DNA of 64,000 nt from Paramecium tetraurelia (GCA_000165425.1 CT868680.1:200108-264107); one strand, 5' to 3'. Shown: positions 25,881 to 40,200, numbered from the stretch's first letter. Made by a program: numbers and translations. The notes: generated from the sequence alone by a model not told the origin.

Positions 25881-28800
25881 TCAAATTTCTATTTAGGTAT
25901 TTATATAACCAATATTTTTCATTCTATATTTAATTAAAATATAAAAGCCTATTAGTTAAATTATAATTATGATAATTAATGAATAAATCCATCCACTTCT
26001 ACTAGTTTATAAATCGGGAAGTTAAAACGTTAAGTCGTACAATCCTGATGAAATTTCATTCAAACATGAAAGATTCACATTAACCGTATCTTTATGTTTC
26101 TTGAAATGGCATTTTAAATTTATAGTATTAATAGGATAAAAAATTATAGACCCATTTCGAAATGCAAGGCACGTAGCATTTTGATTTTCTTTGTTTGTGA
26201 TTAAAGCATATTCATAAGATATAGAGTTTAATGATCCCATCATCAAAATGGGCTCCTCCAATTTTTTCTTGAAAATTTGAGTTATATTATAAAATCCTAT
26301 AATATATGTATTTTCTTATTGAAATTATCGAATTAGAAAACCATTAGAATATGCGAAGTTTGGAATTTGCTATAAGTTGCCATAAGCTGGGATTGTGGCG
26401 ATAATCGATTCTAATTTGAGCAATTAGAACTTATTATTGGGTGTCAAATTAAAAACTACAAGCTACCCTAAACCTTCATTATTAGTGATTATCAAGAAGG
26501 CTTAGTTGTAAATTATGTACAATATCTAAATTTAAATAGCTCAAACAGTGTAATGTGATTTCCACATTAATTAATGAATGCCCCAAAATTCAATCAAGTT
26601 ATTTCGAAATTTGAATAATTGGTAATTTACAATACCTTCTTAAACGTAAAAAATAATCCCTAAATTTTCTAAATTGATATCTATACTAGAATTGAATAGA
26701 GCTATTGAAATATCTTGGTAACTCTTATACCCAATTTATTGTATGCTGCCGCTTGTTGAATTGAATAAATATACTTAATAATCTAATTAATTCAAAGAAC
26801 CTAAGATAAAATTCAGGGTTAGCAAATTAATAATTTTTGATATATTGGTAAATCTATTAGGAATCAAAGATATATTTTTATCAATAACTTCTCCTAATTA
26901 GTCAAAAGTAATGCTTAACCAATATTAAGCGGTTTAGTTTTCACAAATAGAAGACAAAGTATAATTGAAGGATGTCGATTTCAAGCAATAAGAAAACTTA
27001 AAATACTAATAATCGAAAGAGTAAAGGAATTATTTTTTCTAATTTATTATTTAGATTTCTTTGTTATTTTATAAAACAAAAAATGAGTTATTTATTGCAG
27101 TAACTAATTTGAAGTCGAGGATGTTAGGTTCACTGCTATAATTACTAAAATTTGTAAATTTACAAAGATTATTTGAAAAATATTAAACCCTAGAATTATC
27201 TTAATTATCGGAGAATTTATAAAGACTTACTTACCTATCAAGTATTATATCCATAGGTATTGTGAAGGTTCTTTCATTCAAATTTAAATCTGACTTAGAT
27301 AAATTTAGGGTTTTAACTGTTACTGGTTAAAAGTATGTGAAATTCGATAAGTAAGTCTAGCTTTAATTCGGAGTATATTATAAAGCAGTTTCATTTAATA
27401 AAGAGGTAACAGAATAATTAAAAGTAACCAATGGGTATGAGCGTTCAAAGTTTAGAGATTAATTTACTTAAAGTTCAATTTTAAGTCGAATTGATAATGA
27501 AGAGATCTTGTTTTCATAAAATATTAAGGATTATATTTAACGTTCTCCAGTTGTTCCAACTGTACATATCAATTTGGATGATAATTCTATTTAGTAATAT
27601 AAACTCGTATGTTCTGGAAGGTAAGGGTTATATGCCATTACAGTGTAATTTGCAAATTAAACATAAAAAAACAAATTATCTGATAGTATTTATATCTGAT
27701 TATCGTAATGCACACTCATCATATTTTTAACAAAAAAGGGTTTTAAATAATTTTGGATATTCCAAACTTAGAAACAAAGATGAAACCCAGAATTGCACAA
27801 ATAGGACAAAACTAATTATTGATTAACAATGTTTATTTATTTAATTTTGAAGGTTAAATTGATGATTGAAATTGGTAGAGGTTGATTATTCTAACTAATA
27901 GTAAGAATTATGACATTCTTGATATTATTGATAAATAAAAATGAAGATAATGATATAGTATTTGCAGTAATTTAAATTGGAGTAAAATGCAAGTCATCTA
28001 AATTAAATAATTTACGAATCAAATCTTAGTCAATTATTACTAGACCAGTAAAATTCAAAGACATGATTTAAATTTCTCTGTTTCTAAAAAGTGTTATCAA
28101 GCAATTATATGTAATTAAAAATTAAGAAAAATGTTATTTAAATCTATACTCTCTATACTCTTAAAATGGATTTGAATATATTTAATATAGATAGACGGTG
28201 TTCTTATCTCCTAGTCCTATTATTAATGTTTCATATATGTTATAAGGAACTTGTAATGACTAAGCCTATTTCGTAATATTTATTAATGTAATAGGTTTAA
28301 ATATTTAATTCTTGATTTTGATATAAATTTATATTTATTTTTTGGCGATTCCAATAAAGTAGAGGTTATGTGGATCACCTTTTTTGGTTGTATATTTTAT
28401 TTATAATAATTAAGCCAAGGAAAATTATTGATTTGTAAATTCGAAAATTTCTTAAAATGTATTATCTTGATATATTACATAAATATTTGTATCATTCTTA
28501 TTTAAAATCGTAATAGAAATCTAAACGCTACACATTTTGTTAAAGCCCAGATCTAAGAATGAAGCATAAATTGTAATATCATATGTATTGGTTTAAACTT
28601 ATTAATCTGTTAAATTAATTTATAACGAGGGTATTACTAATTAATAAACAATAATTTATTTGTCAAATTCAAATAGGTAGTTATTGAATGGATTGAAATA
28701 TATTTAAGAATTATGTTGATTGATTTCAGTTTACGCAATAGCCCATTAATTATACTCTTGCTAATACAATTTTAGGTAGCCTTATAATTAAAATAAGACA

Positions 28801-29774
28801 AATTCATCATTCATAAAAATTTAAATGGGTTATTACTCCAAATAATATGAAAGCATTGTGTAATAATCTAATTAATTCTAGCATCCATATAAATGCTAAT
28901 AATCTTCAGACCTATTTTTTTCTGAATCTTATTGTAAAATAAATATTTAATCACATTCAGATAAAGCTTAATAGTCATAATAGACATGAAAATAATTTAA
29001 GGTAATTTATGAAGTGGAATTATGTTATGAAGTTTCTTCAAAAGTAAAATTCTAATTTATGATAAATTATTATAAAGTTTATCTACTTAGGATATATATA
29101 TAAGGGTTTATTCTTAAAGGAATACTAATTTATATGAATTAATTTTAGTAAGAAGTTAAATTTATAAGCTGAGATGAAAATTAGCGTCAGAATAGATGAA
29201 TTCATAATATTGGGAATAAATAATGAAAGCTTTTGATTCATTATAAATTCCTTGAATTTCTGATGAAATTGGCTTTTCTGCTTAAATTGAATAAACTATG
29301 TTAAAGCTGGTATTCATTAATTGTAATAAATACAATTGTTTTCCATCATAACAATCAAGTAAGACTTCAAGATCAGCAAACAAAAGGATATTATTGCATT
29401 AATAACGGTCCTCAATGGTAACTATTTAACCATACTAATTCAAAGTCAAATTGTTCCATTCATAAAGAAGTACTTGATTTTCTGTTGTTATTGTTGCAAA
29501 GTGAGTTTAATTGGAGGATACTGATATAAATTCTACGATTATAGTTTTTATAGATACCATATCCTTCTATTTGTGTTATTTTGTTGAAACCATTTGCTAT
29601 TTTAACATTTGGTATGATGGGTTCATAATGATAAAAATAACTATCTCCCCAAAATAAGTCTCTCATAGAATATTCTAAATACTCTCCATTAGTTGGATAC
29701 AAACTAATGTGTTCAAATTCCTCTTCTACCAATAGACAACTTTAAACAAGAAATATCAAAGTAATAAATATCAT
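25881..29774 (-). pseudogene. Large type I membrane/surface protein (~1,290 aa) with an apparent frameshift
   Basis: Signal peptide MIFITLIFLVQSC, a 25-nt intron near 29545-29570, long Asn/Ile-rich ectodomain, C-terminal TM (WIYSLIIIIIIQLIGFYILI) and short tail. Reading frame changes near 29180-29200. Confidence 0.6.
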
Positions 29775-30065
29775 TTTTTTACTATTATTAAAATTAATAA
29801 ACAAAATTTCAGGTATGACTCAAAATCCAAAATTTATTAAGGGATTTAACATTATGTCATTCTTAATCATATTACACAAATTGAAGTATATTGTTAAGTT
29901 GAAATAAATTTATTGCGCTTAATAATAGCTTATAGTCTGGCAATAGTTTGTTTAACCAAGCCTTATAGTTTAAATTTTAAGGACTTTATAAGCATTTATT
30001 AAATTATATACAATAATTTAAGAATTAAATACTAACTGATTACAATATATATATAATTTAAATAA

Positions 30066-31327
30066 ATGTATTACACTCCATCTAGACCTGCTGAAAATGA
30101 TAAGCAACCTACTCGTCATTAAAGGCCTCCAGGTTAAAACCCTCAATATCTTCAAAAATTACCTGAAGATCCTCGCAGAGTTGATGATTATCATGGGCAT
30201 CCTCAAGAACGTCCCCCTCCTCAATAAAGGCCTCCATATTAGGAACAAGGTCCAGATAGAGGCCCTCTACCTCAAAGACACCAAGATCACCCTTAAGATA
30301 GACCATAACCTCCATATGGGAACCTACCCAGAGGATTTGAACGACCACCTCCTGGTTTCAATCCGTAATTCCCTCCTCCACCTCCTGACAGATTCAATAA
30401 TGCTCACTATGACCCTTCCTATGATGATGATCGCTATTATAGACCAATATCAGCTCCTTATGGTAGCCCATATGGACCAAGGTAACAACCATATGGAGAA
30501 CCATCCCCTTAAGGTTTGAGAGGGCCTGCAAGAGCATATGACCCAAGAAGGGTTGGACCACCTCAAGATTTTAGAGGTCCTCCTCCTGATTATCGAGGAT
30601 TACCTCCACCTGATTTCCGTGATGTTCCTCCTGAGTTCAGAGGACTACCTCCACCTGAATATAGAAGAGTGCCACCTTAAAGTTATTAAGGAGGAGAGTA
30701 CAGAAGAGGAATGCCAGAACCAATGGGATATCGCGGCCGTATTACCAAGTCGAGATGTTGCATCTAGAGGTCCAGATTATAGAGGATTGCCTCCTCCTCC
30801 AGATTTTCGAGGAGGACCACCACCTGATTATAGAGGATTACCTCCTCCTTCTGATTTCAGAGGTGGACCACCACCTGATTTTAGAAAACCTCCTCCTGAT
30901 TATAGAGGAATGCCCCCACCTCCTGATTATAGAGGAATGCCTCCTCCACCTCCTGATTATAGAGGAATGCCACCTCCTCCTCCACCTGATTATAGAGGAA
31001 TGCCTCCTCCAAATTACAGGGGGCCTCCTCCTGAATATGGCAGAGGAATGGATCCAAGGGGATTACCACCTTAAGAATTAAGAGGATTGCCACCTCCAGG
31101 TGACTATAGAAGAGCGCCTGGATATCCTCAGAGAGGAGCTCCTTCCAATGAGTTTTATAGAGGGGAACATCCTCCTTAGTATCAAAGAGGAGGAGATTAA
31201 GTTTACAGGGGAGGACCTGGTGGAAGAGACTTTGAACCAAGACGACCTTTGTCACCATAAGCACAAAGAAGAGATCACGGATACAACGAGTTTAGTTCAC
31301 CATAACAAAGAATTAAGCAAGCCTTGA
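30066..31327 (+). CDS. Proline/Arg/Gly-rich low-complexity repeat protein (DYRGxPPP repeats)
   Basis: ATG 30066 opens a P/R/D/Y/G-rich frame; the repeats continue in another frame after ~30738. GC-rich relative to flanks. Confidence 0.7.
30550..31110 (+). repeat. Coding tandem repeat, unit ~CCTCCTGATTATAGAGGAATG(CCN)n
   Basis: Many imperfect copies of (P)nD/E-Y/F-RG visible in the DNA. Confidence 0.9.
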
Positions 31328-31540
31328 ATATTATATTAAAATCTATATATTATACTTTGTTTAGTCGTGATTATGAAGTGTTAATTAGGTAGAATAATTA
31401 AATTGATAAAATAATAATAAAAAGAGAGTAGAGATGCAAGAGAGTAAGAAGAGGAGGGTTGAAAGTGGAGGAGAGTAAGTTGTAGAGAGATGCAGGGGAG
31501 GTGGAGAAATATTTAATTATATAATAATATAGTTTTAAAA

Positions 31541-31571
31541 TGAGTATAAATGAAGAGTTCGATCCGTTTTT
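31541..31571 (+). promoter_or_regulatory. Candidate TMP upstream element (TGAGTATAAATGA ... CCGTTTTT)
   Basis: Matches 19442-19489; ends about 15 nt before the ATG. Confidence 0.4.
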
Positions 31572-31586
31572 AAATTAATATTAAAA

Positions 31587-32772
31587 ATGTAAAAAATAGC
31601 TCTCTTAGCTTTGGTTCTTGCTGTGACCGCTGCCAAGTTCGTTGACACCCACACAACTTTGGCTTAAATCAACTCTGACCCATTCGGCCACGTTGTATTG
31701 AGTGCCATAAAAGCCCATCTTTAAGCCTCAACCCCAGCCAATGAAGTTAATATGTTATTGAATGGTGTTGGTGCAGGACTCGTCTAAGACTAGAACGACC
31801 ATGATCATGCTTTTGAACTTGACACCACAACAAACAACAGAGTTGATTCTATTTAATTAATCTTTAGATCGTTGAAGATTTGGAAAAGGAAATTTTGTAT
31901 CACCAAAACCAAATTGCCTCAAAATACCTAATTGAGAGATGACACAATCGAAGCACTCGCTGTATCTGAAGAAGATATCAGAGTCACAATTTCAGATATT
32001 GCCAACAACGAAGCTACTTATGCAAGAGAAGAAGCCACAAGAAACTAATAACACGAAACATTTGTATCAAAAGTTGCTGCTATCGATGATGTGATTGATG
32101 CTATTGATGAAGCCGCTAAATTGATCCAACATTTGAGCCTTGGAGCCTCATTTGCTTAATTGAAGAGCAAATACGATACACTCCACAAGAAACTTTCAGA
32201 CAACACATCCCACACTGCATTGTTGCAAGTATGATTGATCACCCTACTTTAAATAGCCAGTCATCACTGCTCTTACTGAATTGGCTACCCACGGAGTTAA
32301 CTAAAAGGCATTGACCAAGATTGCTTAACTCTTGAGCGAAATCAGATAATAATTAGTCTCAGAAAAAGCTGCCAAGACTGTATTCATTCAAATTTAATAT
32401 TTAAGGATGTTGAGGATAGATAAGCTGCTCACTGGGCTGAATTCTCTGTCCATTTGAGCAATGAACACACCAGATTGGTTGAAAGAAAAGCTTAATTGGA
32501 AGTCTAAATCTAAGAATAAAAGGACACTATCGAAGATGCTTAATCATGGATCGAATTCCATACTCTTGAATTAGAAAACAGTGAAGAGAGACTTGCTGGA
32601 TAATAAGCATGGTATGCAGTCTAATCAGAAATCTATGAAACCTAAACCGCTGAAAGGTATCCCATCATTCTAGTTTATTAGAACTGCCTAATAAGAAATT
32701 GTTGACAGACTCTAAGAGCACATCAGCGAGAAGTTATCCACCACTGCTCAATTCATTGCCAGCAGAAATTGA
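31587..32772 (+). CDS. Trichocyst matrix protein, T4-related precursor
   Basis: MQKIALLALVLAVTAAKFVDTHTTLAQINSDPFG...DLEKEILYHQNQI...EHTRLVERKAQLE resembles my recollection of T4 TMP; 4 small introns. Confidence 0.88.
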
Positions 32773-34527
32773 TTTGATTATCAATACATCAATAAATAAT
32801 TGGATAACATATGACAACTTAAATCCTCCACCTCTATATCTTATCCAAATTATAAAGACTTCTTTGTTAATTAGGGATTCTCCTCTTAGAAACTATATTC
32901 TAAGGAAGTCATTCTAAATAACCGAATTCCTTCTCAATTAAAATCTCTTTTCATTTACAATTAATGATCTTTGCATAATCTTCAGGCTGAAAGTAAGAAG
33001 AGATACAATGATAGATATTTATGAAAAAGTAAGGATGTATAGATAAGTCAATTAAAACTGAAATTGAATATTAAGGGATATAAATTGGAGATGCTGTTAT
33101 CAATACTGTCTCCAACATATCAAAATCTCTCTACAAATATTCAAATTCTGGATTATGAAGAAAAATTAGGTAACATTTTTCTGGAACCAAAAGATAATCA
33201 CATCATTTTTACTTCTAACAAGGAGATGCTAAACATTTATAAATACGTATTCTAAGCTTAGAAATAAACGACAATTATCGTTCTTTCTAATTAAAATTTA
33301 ATTTAGTGTAGTAATTCTATATTGAAATTGATTAGCTATTAGCATCAAAACTAATTAAAATAAATATCTTGTTTAAGAATGCTTCCTATCATGGATGTAT
33401 AAAATAGTTTGATCTATTTACATAATGTATTTAACTTATATCCAATAAATTTCTATTATAGTGACTTCAAACAGTAAAATCAATAATTATTTTATAAATT
33501 AGAACAATAATAAACCTACTCACATATATCAAAATTATCCAAAAGTGGAATAGAGTGTGATGTTAAGATATTTTAAAGAACACAATCCATATGATTCTAA
33601 ATTTTACTAATAAGAATATCAATATTTTTAATAGGTTTTATAGCATTTAGAACTGTTTCAAAAATATTTAGAGGAATCTAATCTATTTTTGAAATTTAGA
33701 ACTGCTCTTAAACTAAATACTTTAAACCAAGAATTAATAAATTGAAGAATCATAAACAAAAATATTTAATTTCAGTTGTTGATTTTAACAATGAAATTCC
33801 TTATTATACTAATTATATACAGTATATATTTTTGAAGCCTGGATTTGAAATTATTTAGAAAGTATATTGTTGCAATGTCCTTTCCATTTTTTAACTAATT
33901 TCTTGATATTAACCATTTCTCAACACTTAAATATAAGAATTAATTATTTTTTTACACCTTAAAGTTTGGTAAAGGATTACTTTATAATATGTATTAAATT
34001 AAATCATTGTATATTACTAAAGTACACCTTTTAATAAATAAATAACATTCTTTGAATGAGTTAGTAAAGTATTATATAAGCTAAAAAATCTATGCTTTCA
34101 TCCTATTAAATTTAGTTTATATGGTTATTCCTATATTTAATTAATCTAAAATTAATTGAATTTTCGAAAAGAGTTATTTCATTATAAATTAATTTATAAG
34201 GGAGTAGTAGATATTGAGATAATTTGGATTGGAATAAATTATGATAGAATACTTTATTTATTAAAATCAATATATCGAAATAGAGGTTATAATTTAAATA
34301 TTAAAATTTAAAGAACTTATTAGTGCACTTTCTAAATGATAAACGATATCCTTTGGATCAAATAATTGTGATTCGTGGATTTGAAAATAATTTTACTCAT
34401 GATAGGTTGTTTAAAATGAGATTTTTCATGTTAAGTTGGTCTATTTGAATTTTATGGTTAATACCTGCATAATAATTATAAGGGTTTTAACTATTTACAT
34501 TGATTAAACAATATTTATATTATTCTA

Positions 34528-37198
34528 ATGCATAATTAATAATTTTGTGAAGGTAGGAAGATAGACTTGGGGTGGTTGACAGATGCAAAGAATGATTATC
34601 AGTCTCTTCTAATCAAATCATTTCGATAGTAGTTTAAGGAGGAATACTAGAATATAGCAAATAAGGAACTGATTACAGATGAGATGATTATGAGCCTTTG
34701 TTTGAGTGTTGATTAGAAGAAGGAGGAATTGGTTATGTAGAAGAAGAGCAGTGTAACGGGTGGTTATTTGGATAGATTAGTGAGATTTGACAAGCATGTC
34801 CTTTAACAACTCAAGGATCATAAGCCGGTCAAATCATTTCCTCTGTATCAAAAAGTTTACGTTGAAACCAAAGCAGCTGATTAAAAGACGTGGTTCAACA
34901 AAAATGGTGATATGGCAAGGCTACTTTTGGAATTTGAGAAAGGACACTCAGGTGTATACATATATAGAAAGGATAAAAACCAAGCTATTAAATGGTAAAG
35001 ATACTTGATAATTGAAAAATTATTATAAGTGAGACCGACATTGGTGGAGAGGTGTTTCCAATATTGCTATAAGGAATATGAAGATAAATTTACAGTAACT
35101 TGGACATTAAAGTACGCTTAACTAATTGGAACTTATACAACATAGATGAATCAATTGAAAAAGTAAAAAGCTAAATTAGATGAAAACTTTTTGATTTCAT
35201 TGGACAGATAAGTCATGAATTATCATATCAAAAAGTGGTAGGCAAAGAGTGATAAATAATATAAAGATGAATAGGATTACAAGGAGAAATTAAAGTAATT
35301 GTCATTAAAGGAGTAAGAATTATTGAAGGCTACGGAGCAATAGAGAGAGTTGGAAAGATTGGCAAAAGAAAAGAGGAGACTAGAACTATTACAATAGATG
35401 GTCACGCATCTAAAACCTAAGAATTAAGATGTCAAGCGATTTTATAGGTATTGGTTGGATAGAGCAATCCACATTCAGCAAAACAATCCAATGAAATTTA
35501 GTATATCATTTGTCAGCATGTACATGCAAAGCAATACGTAGTTGATAAGACCTTAATTAGAAGTAAGATTTGTGTCTGAAGTATCTTAATAAACAAATTA
35601 TTATTTTAGAGAACAGAAAACACTCGAGACATAGAAAACTCAAAACTATTAGATGGTTTACAATATCATATTGAGTAAAATCCTTATTGCATTAAGCGGT
35701 TGTTCACTTAAATGAGTCAATAAAGAAGAAGAGACTTCACAACTTGGATTTTCAAAGATGGATTACTTGGAGCAAGTGGAAACACATCAATCACAATTGA
35801 GAATTTTGGTTACAAAGATTATCTTGACCTTTAAGTTATAGACACCATCAGTACTTATTTATTATTATTTAATAAGAGACCAATACAGCTTCTAAGGTTC
35901 TTAGAATATAACTATAGGATATGTTTCAATTTTTGCATGAAGGCAGATCATTTTGGGTGCAGTTGGAATTTGGACCTTCAAAGATCTTTGTGGAAATAGA
36001 TGTATTGGAACAATCAAATTTAGATCCTATTTTTTTAGATAGATTGAAGTTCATAGAATTGAATGATATTCTCAGAAAAATAGTTGTAAAGATAATCGAC
36101 CAAAGAACTCCGGTAATAATTATTTATCAAATTATCTAAGATTCCAATTGTTGAAACTGTGAGATTTAGTCTTGAAATTAATAAATATAGCAAAGAAATT
36201 CAAAACCTATATTAAAGATTTTATATCGAAAACATTTGCTTATAGCCTCAATGCATACCTACAGCTTGGTTTTCAACGTTGGATGGAATTGAAAGAGTGG
36301 TTAAACCTATCGTGGATATACTCAAGAGAAATTTCTAAGAATTCAAGGATAGTAGTGAAAATGTGCAAGTTTATCAAAAATTAAAATCAATTCCAAATTT
36401 GAACCTACCTTTGGAGAAGGATGTTAATGATTTTATTAGTAAATTGCCTGTTAATTAAGCAAATTAACATAAATAATTTCATGGCATGTTGATGACATTC
36501 TTAATTTATTGCAATCTCAGAGGAATCTAATTGAATGTTCAAATGCTGAATAGTCTATTTACAATCGCAAGTAAATTTATATGCATAACTCACTGTCACT
36601 TTTTCTATAAGTTATCAAATCCTGTGTTTGGTAATAAATTTGATTCTGAAGCTTAAGCCTTTTGGCTTTTTGTCTCTTTCTTGGATCTGATGAAGAATAT
36701 TCACTTCCCATTAACCAAAGAAGATTAGGTATTTAGTCCTTAAGAAACAGTCATTTAATATTTGGAGTTCCAACATATGAATCTGATCAAGCATTGCAAA
36801 GTTTATGACATTGCTATTGATAATTTCATGTATGAAACTCTTTGTTGCCTATACACTAATATCGTTTAATCTCTGCCCTTGTATAATATTTGGAGTTTAA
36901 TCATAAGAAAGATGTCTACAAATAAGAATGTCTATCTAATAGTGCTAATCGTATTAATTGAGGAATTAGGAGATAAATTGCTTATATGTTAAAATACAGA
37001 GGATTTTAAAAATGCCATCTGCTTGCAAGGTAATAAAATCATTAATATCACTTAGCCTAACTAATGGATATCCTCCAATTGGAAGCAGCTTACTCAAATT
37101 GTGAATCAACTTTGAATAGAATTATAAATTCTGAACATTCCATATAGTAATCGATTGAACACTCCAATATCCATGGCCCATTAATATAGGACCAATGA
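34528..37198 (+). CDS. Large protein with degenerate C-terminal TBC (Rab-GAP-like) domain
   Basis: Code-6 frame with small introns; SEAQAFWLFVSFL, LIKHCKVYDI, LCCLYTN, LYNIWSLI fit the TBC helical pattern. Confidence 0.55.
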
Positions 37199-37275
37199 TT
37201 TATAAATATAATTTTGTAATTAAATCATATTAAAATATTATATTTTTAATACTCTCATATAATGTATAAAATTAA

Positions 37276-40200
37276 TCATCGTTTAATGTTTCTATTCTTT
37301 TCTTAAATCTATTGAATTTTATCATACAACAATTCAATATCGATTTTATCAATGAGTTTTGGTTCTTGAGCCCATTCACCTACCAAATATTCAACCCTTC
37401 CAATCATTTTGGTTCTTAATTCTCTATACTAAGTCTCATTTAATTGAACAGGAAGTTATCCTCCTATTTTCAGAATTGTTCCTTTTTTTCCAACAAATAA
37501 AGTTTCAGTTGGTTCAATTTCTTCAATGAGACCTTCGACATGTAAGGATTCAGCGACAGTCAATTACTAGGCTAAGTTTTAAATTTCTGGTAGTTCTGGG
37601 TTGAATCTAATTGATAATTTTGAATGAATTACTTTTATTCTTGGATGAACTCATCCCTCTCATTCTACACTCCCAAGATTAGTTCTGCTCTCAACAATTC
37701 TAATAGTTTCTTTTAAGCATTGAAACTAATGTAGACGTATTCCTTAAATTCAGTTTCAGATAGAATCAGATCAGGATGATAGATTTCCTCTAAGGTTTCT
37801 TATACCAATTCTTTAAACCATTATTAAATGGGTTAATAGCTGAACCATTTTTTCTTCAACACTTTTTCCAAATCTTCCTTTTATTACTATATTTCCTTTG
37901 GAGTTATTTCAACTTGTCTTTCTGCAATCAAATCCAATTACTTGAGTTAGTGATTTATTCCAATAATTAATCTCTTTCTTTTCTGTGCTTTAAGTCCTTG
38001 TATTTTGCCATATATCTCAATTTCCTTTTTGGTAGCCATATAGAGGTCATCTCTAAAATAGATTCGTCTCTACAATTAGCCTCTTTTATATTTTGGTAAA
38101 TTTTATTTATAGAATGCACTCATTCTGTATTACTTATTTTCTATGGCACTATAAACATCATCAGGAGTAGTTTAACTGATGGGTTTTTCTTCTAATGAGG
38201 TAATTTAATTTTCATAGTGTTATTTGATCTTTAAACTTAAGAGATTAGTATAAATTGCTTTGGCTTTGAAAGTCGGATATTTAGTAGATTTAAGAGTAAG
38301 GATGTAATCTAACAATTTGTCTGATTAAACAAGAGTCCTTTATCTGTAAGTATTATATAATGTCGCAGCTGCCCTCAATTTGCCATTCAAATACTCTATT
38401 AGTTTTTCAAATTGCTTATAGTTTTAAATCTAAAATCCAAAATCTTATTAAAATTTCAAAACTTAGATCTCGTAATTATTACCTTACTTAAAGGAACAAT
38501 AGATTTCCTCCAATTTACATAATAAAACATATGAGAAAGTAAACATAAGATTGTTCTCAATCACTTTGAAAGAATCGAAGGTTAATGCTTCATTGATCTA
38601 ATCATCTATTATTGGCAATTCATTCAAATGTTCGAAATTCTTCATTCTCATCCTATAAGTTGAAGTCAATAGTTATTCGAACATTGCTTATAATGGCTTA
38701 AACTAATCTGGACATCTAAAGAAATCTTCCATTATTATGCTTAAATTGTTATCACTATTAATTAAACCTTCTAAAGTAGTTGGAATCTCTTCCTTTTATT
38801 TAAGTTGCTCTATTTCCTATTTCATTTGATTTATTAATTCCTCCTTATTCACTTATACTATGGGTACTTTTTTTAAATTAATAATGATTTCCTCCTTGTT
38901 CTCTTTCAATTGATCTAATATTTCCTTGACCTCTTTCCCTTCTAAATATTCCGATATGTTAGCAAATTTGTTTGATTGTGTGACATTTTAAACAACATTC
39001 CTGTAGAACTTATCCATCTATTAACTAAACTCCTGATAAAGATCTCCGTATCTAGTTTCATACAGTTTCTCTCTTGTAGCTCTGGCTCTGAATACTTGAT
39101 CCATTTATTCATTATCCACAATCTTTTCTGGCAATTCATTTTCGTAGAAAGATTTTCTATCATCTTTTGGGAAAATGAGTAATCTCTGCATTGATCTATT
39201 CCATGCTTGTTGTTTCTTTATGGCTTCAATTTCATCATCTTCTGTTGTCAATTTGTGATTTAAAATTGAATTTCTCACTCTTGAAAATAATTCTCTCTTT
39301 GGTTTCACTGATGCAATCTTAGCCACATTGGCATATCCGTTAAATCTAGCTTAATTAGCCTTCTCAAAGAAGGAGTTCATTGTCTCTTCCAATACAGTTC
39401 CAAAATCTTTAATACCATCCAAATAAGCTTATCTTTCCGCTATATACTTCTTAAGGTTTTCTTCATATCCAACTATGCTCTTTAAATTGTCCATCTTAAT
39501 TTTCACATCCCTTTTCAATTCAGCAAGTTCAACTCTCATTTTTCTCAGATCTGAAACTCTAATTGATCCATCCATCATGTGTTGATTATTCTTCATAAAA
39601 GCAGCCACATCTACTTCCTAATTGGCTCTGTCGATTAGTCCCTTTCTTAGATTCTCCTCATTTAAGAAGACTCTAATATTGTCAGGATACTCAGCATAAA
39701 AGTCTCTTACTGGTTCAAGAGCATCAGGTAAATAATCAATTGAAGGACTAACATGACTGAAAAAGGAATCGATGTTATCTACTCTTCCTTATTTCTCCAT
39801 CAAACCACTGATAGCAAGATTCGAAGCTACATTGTGTTCAGCTACAAGGCAATCTCTCCATTATTATTTCTCTGCCTCTCTCAATAACTTGAATGTAAGG
39901 TCAAGAGATAATTTTGGCTATGCTTCCAACTCCGTTAAGATCTCCTTAGCAAATTAACTCTATTCAGCTCTCAATTTATCCATGATCTCCTACACACTCT
40001 CTCCATTGAAACATCTAGCAATCAAGGCCTTGTCCAATTTAACCAGATTCTCTCTTGATATAATTCCCATTTCATCGAGACTATCAATGTTCAGTGTTTT
40101 AAATTGGAGATATGGATTTGCGATGGTTTGCTTAGGCCATTCATTCTGATTTAAAAGATTCTCTTCTTAGAACCTTTTGAGTTTGTATAATAATTCTTAT

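Noticed and set aside
26022..26261. ORF-track peptide as a stand-alone or WD40 gene
   Set aside because: It is the near-C-terminal part of the 25881-29774 membrane protein.
30550..31110. Repeat array as CRISPR-like or satellite
   Set aside because: No unique spacers; variation follows codon structure, so it is a coding repeat.
32800..34500. AT-rich 1.7-kb block as a gene, IES or transposon
   Set aside because: No resolvable ORF, terminal inverted repeats or transposase motif.
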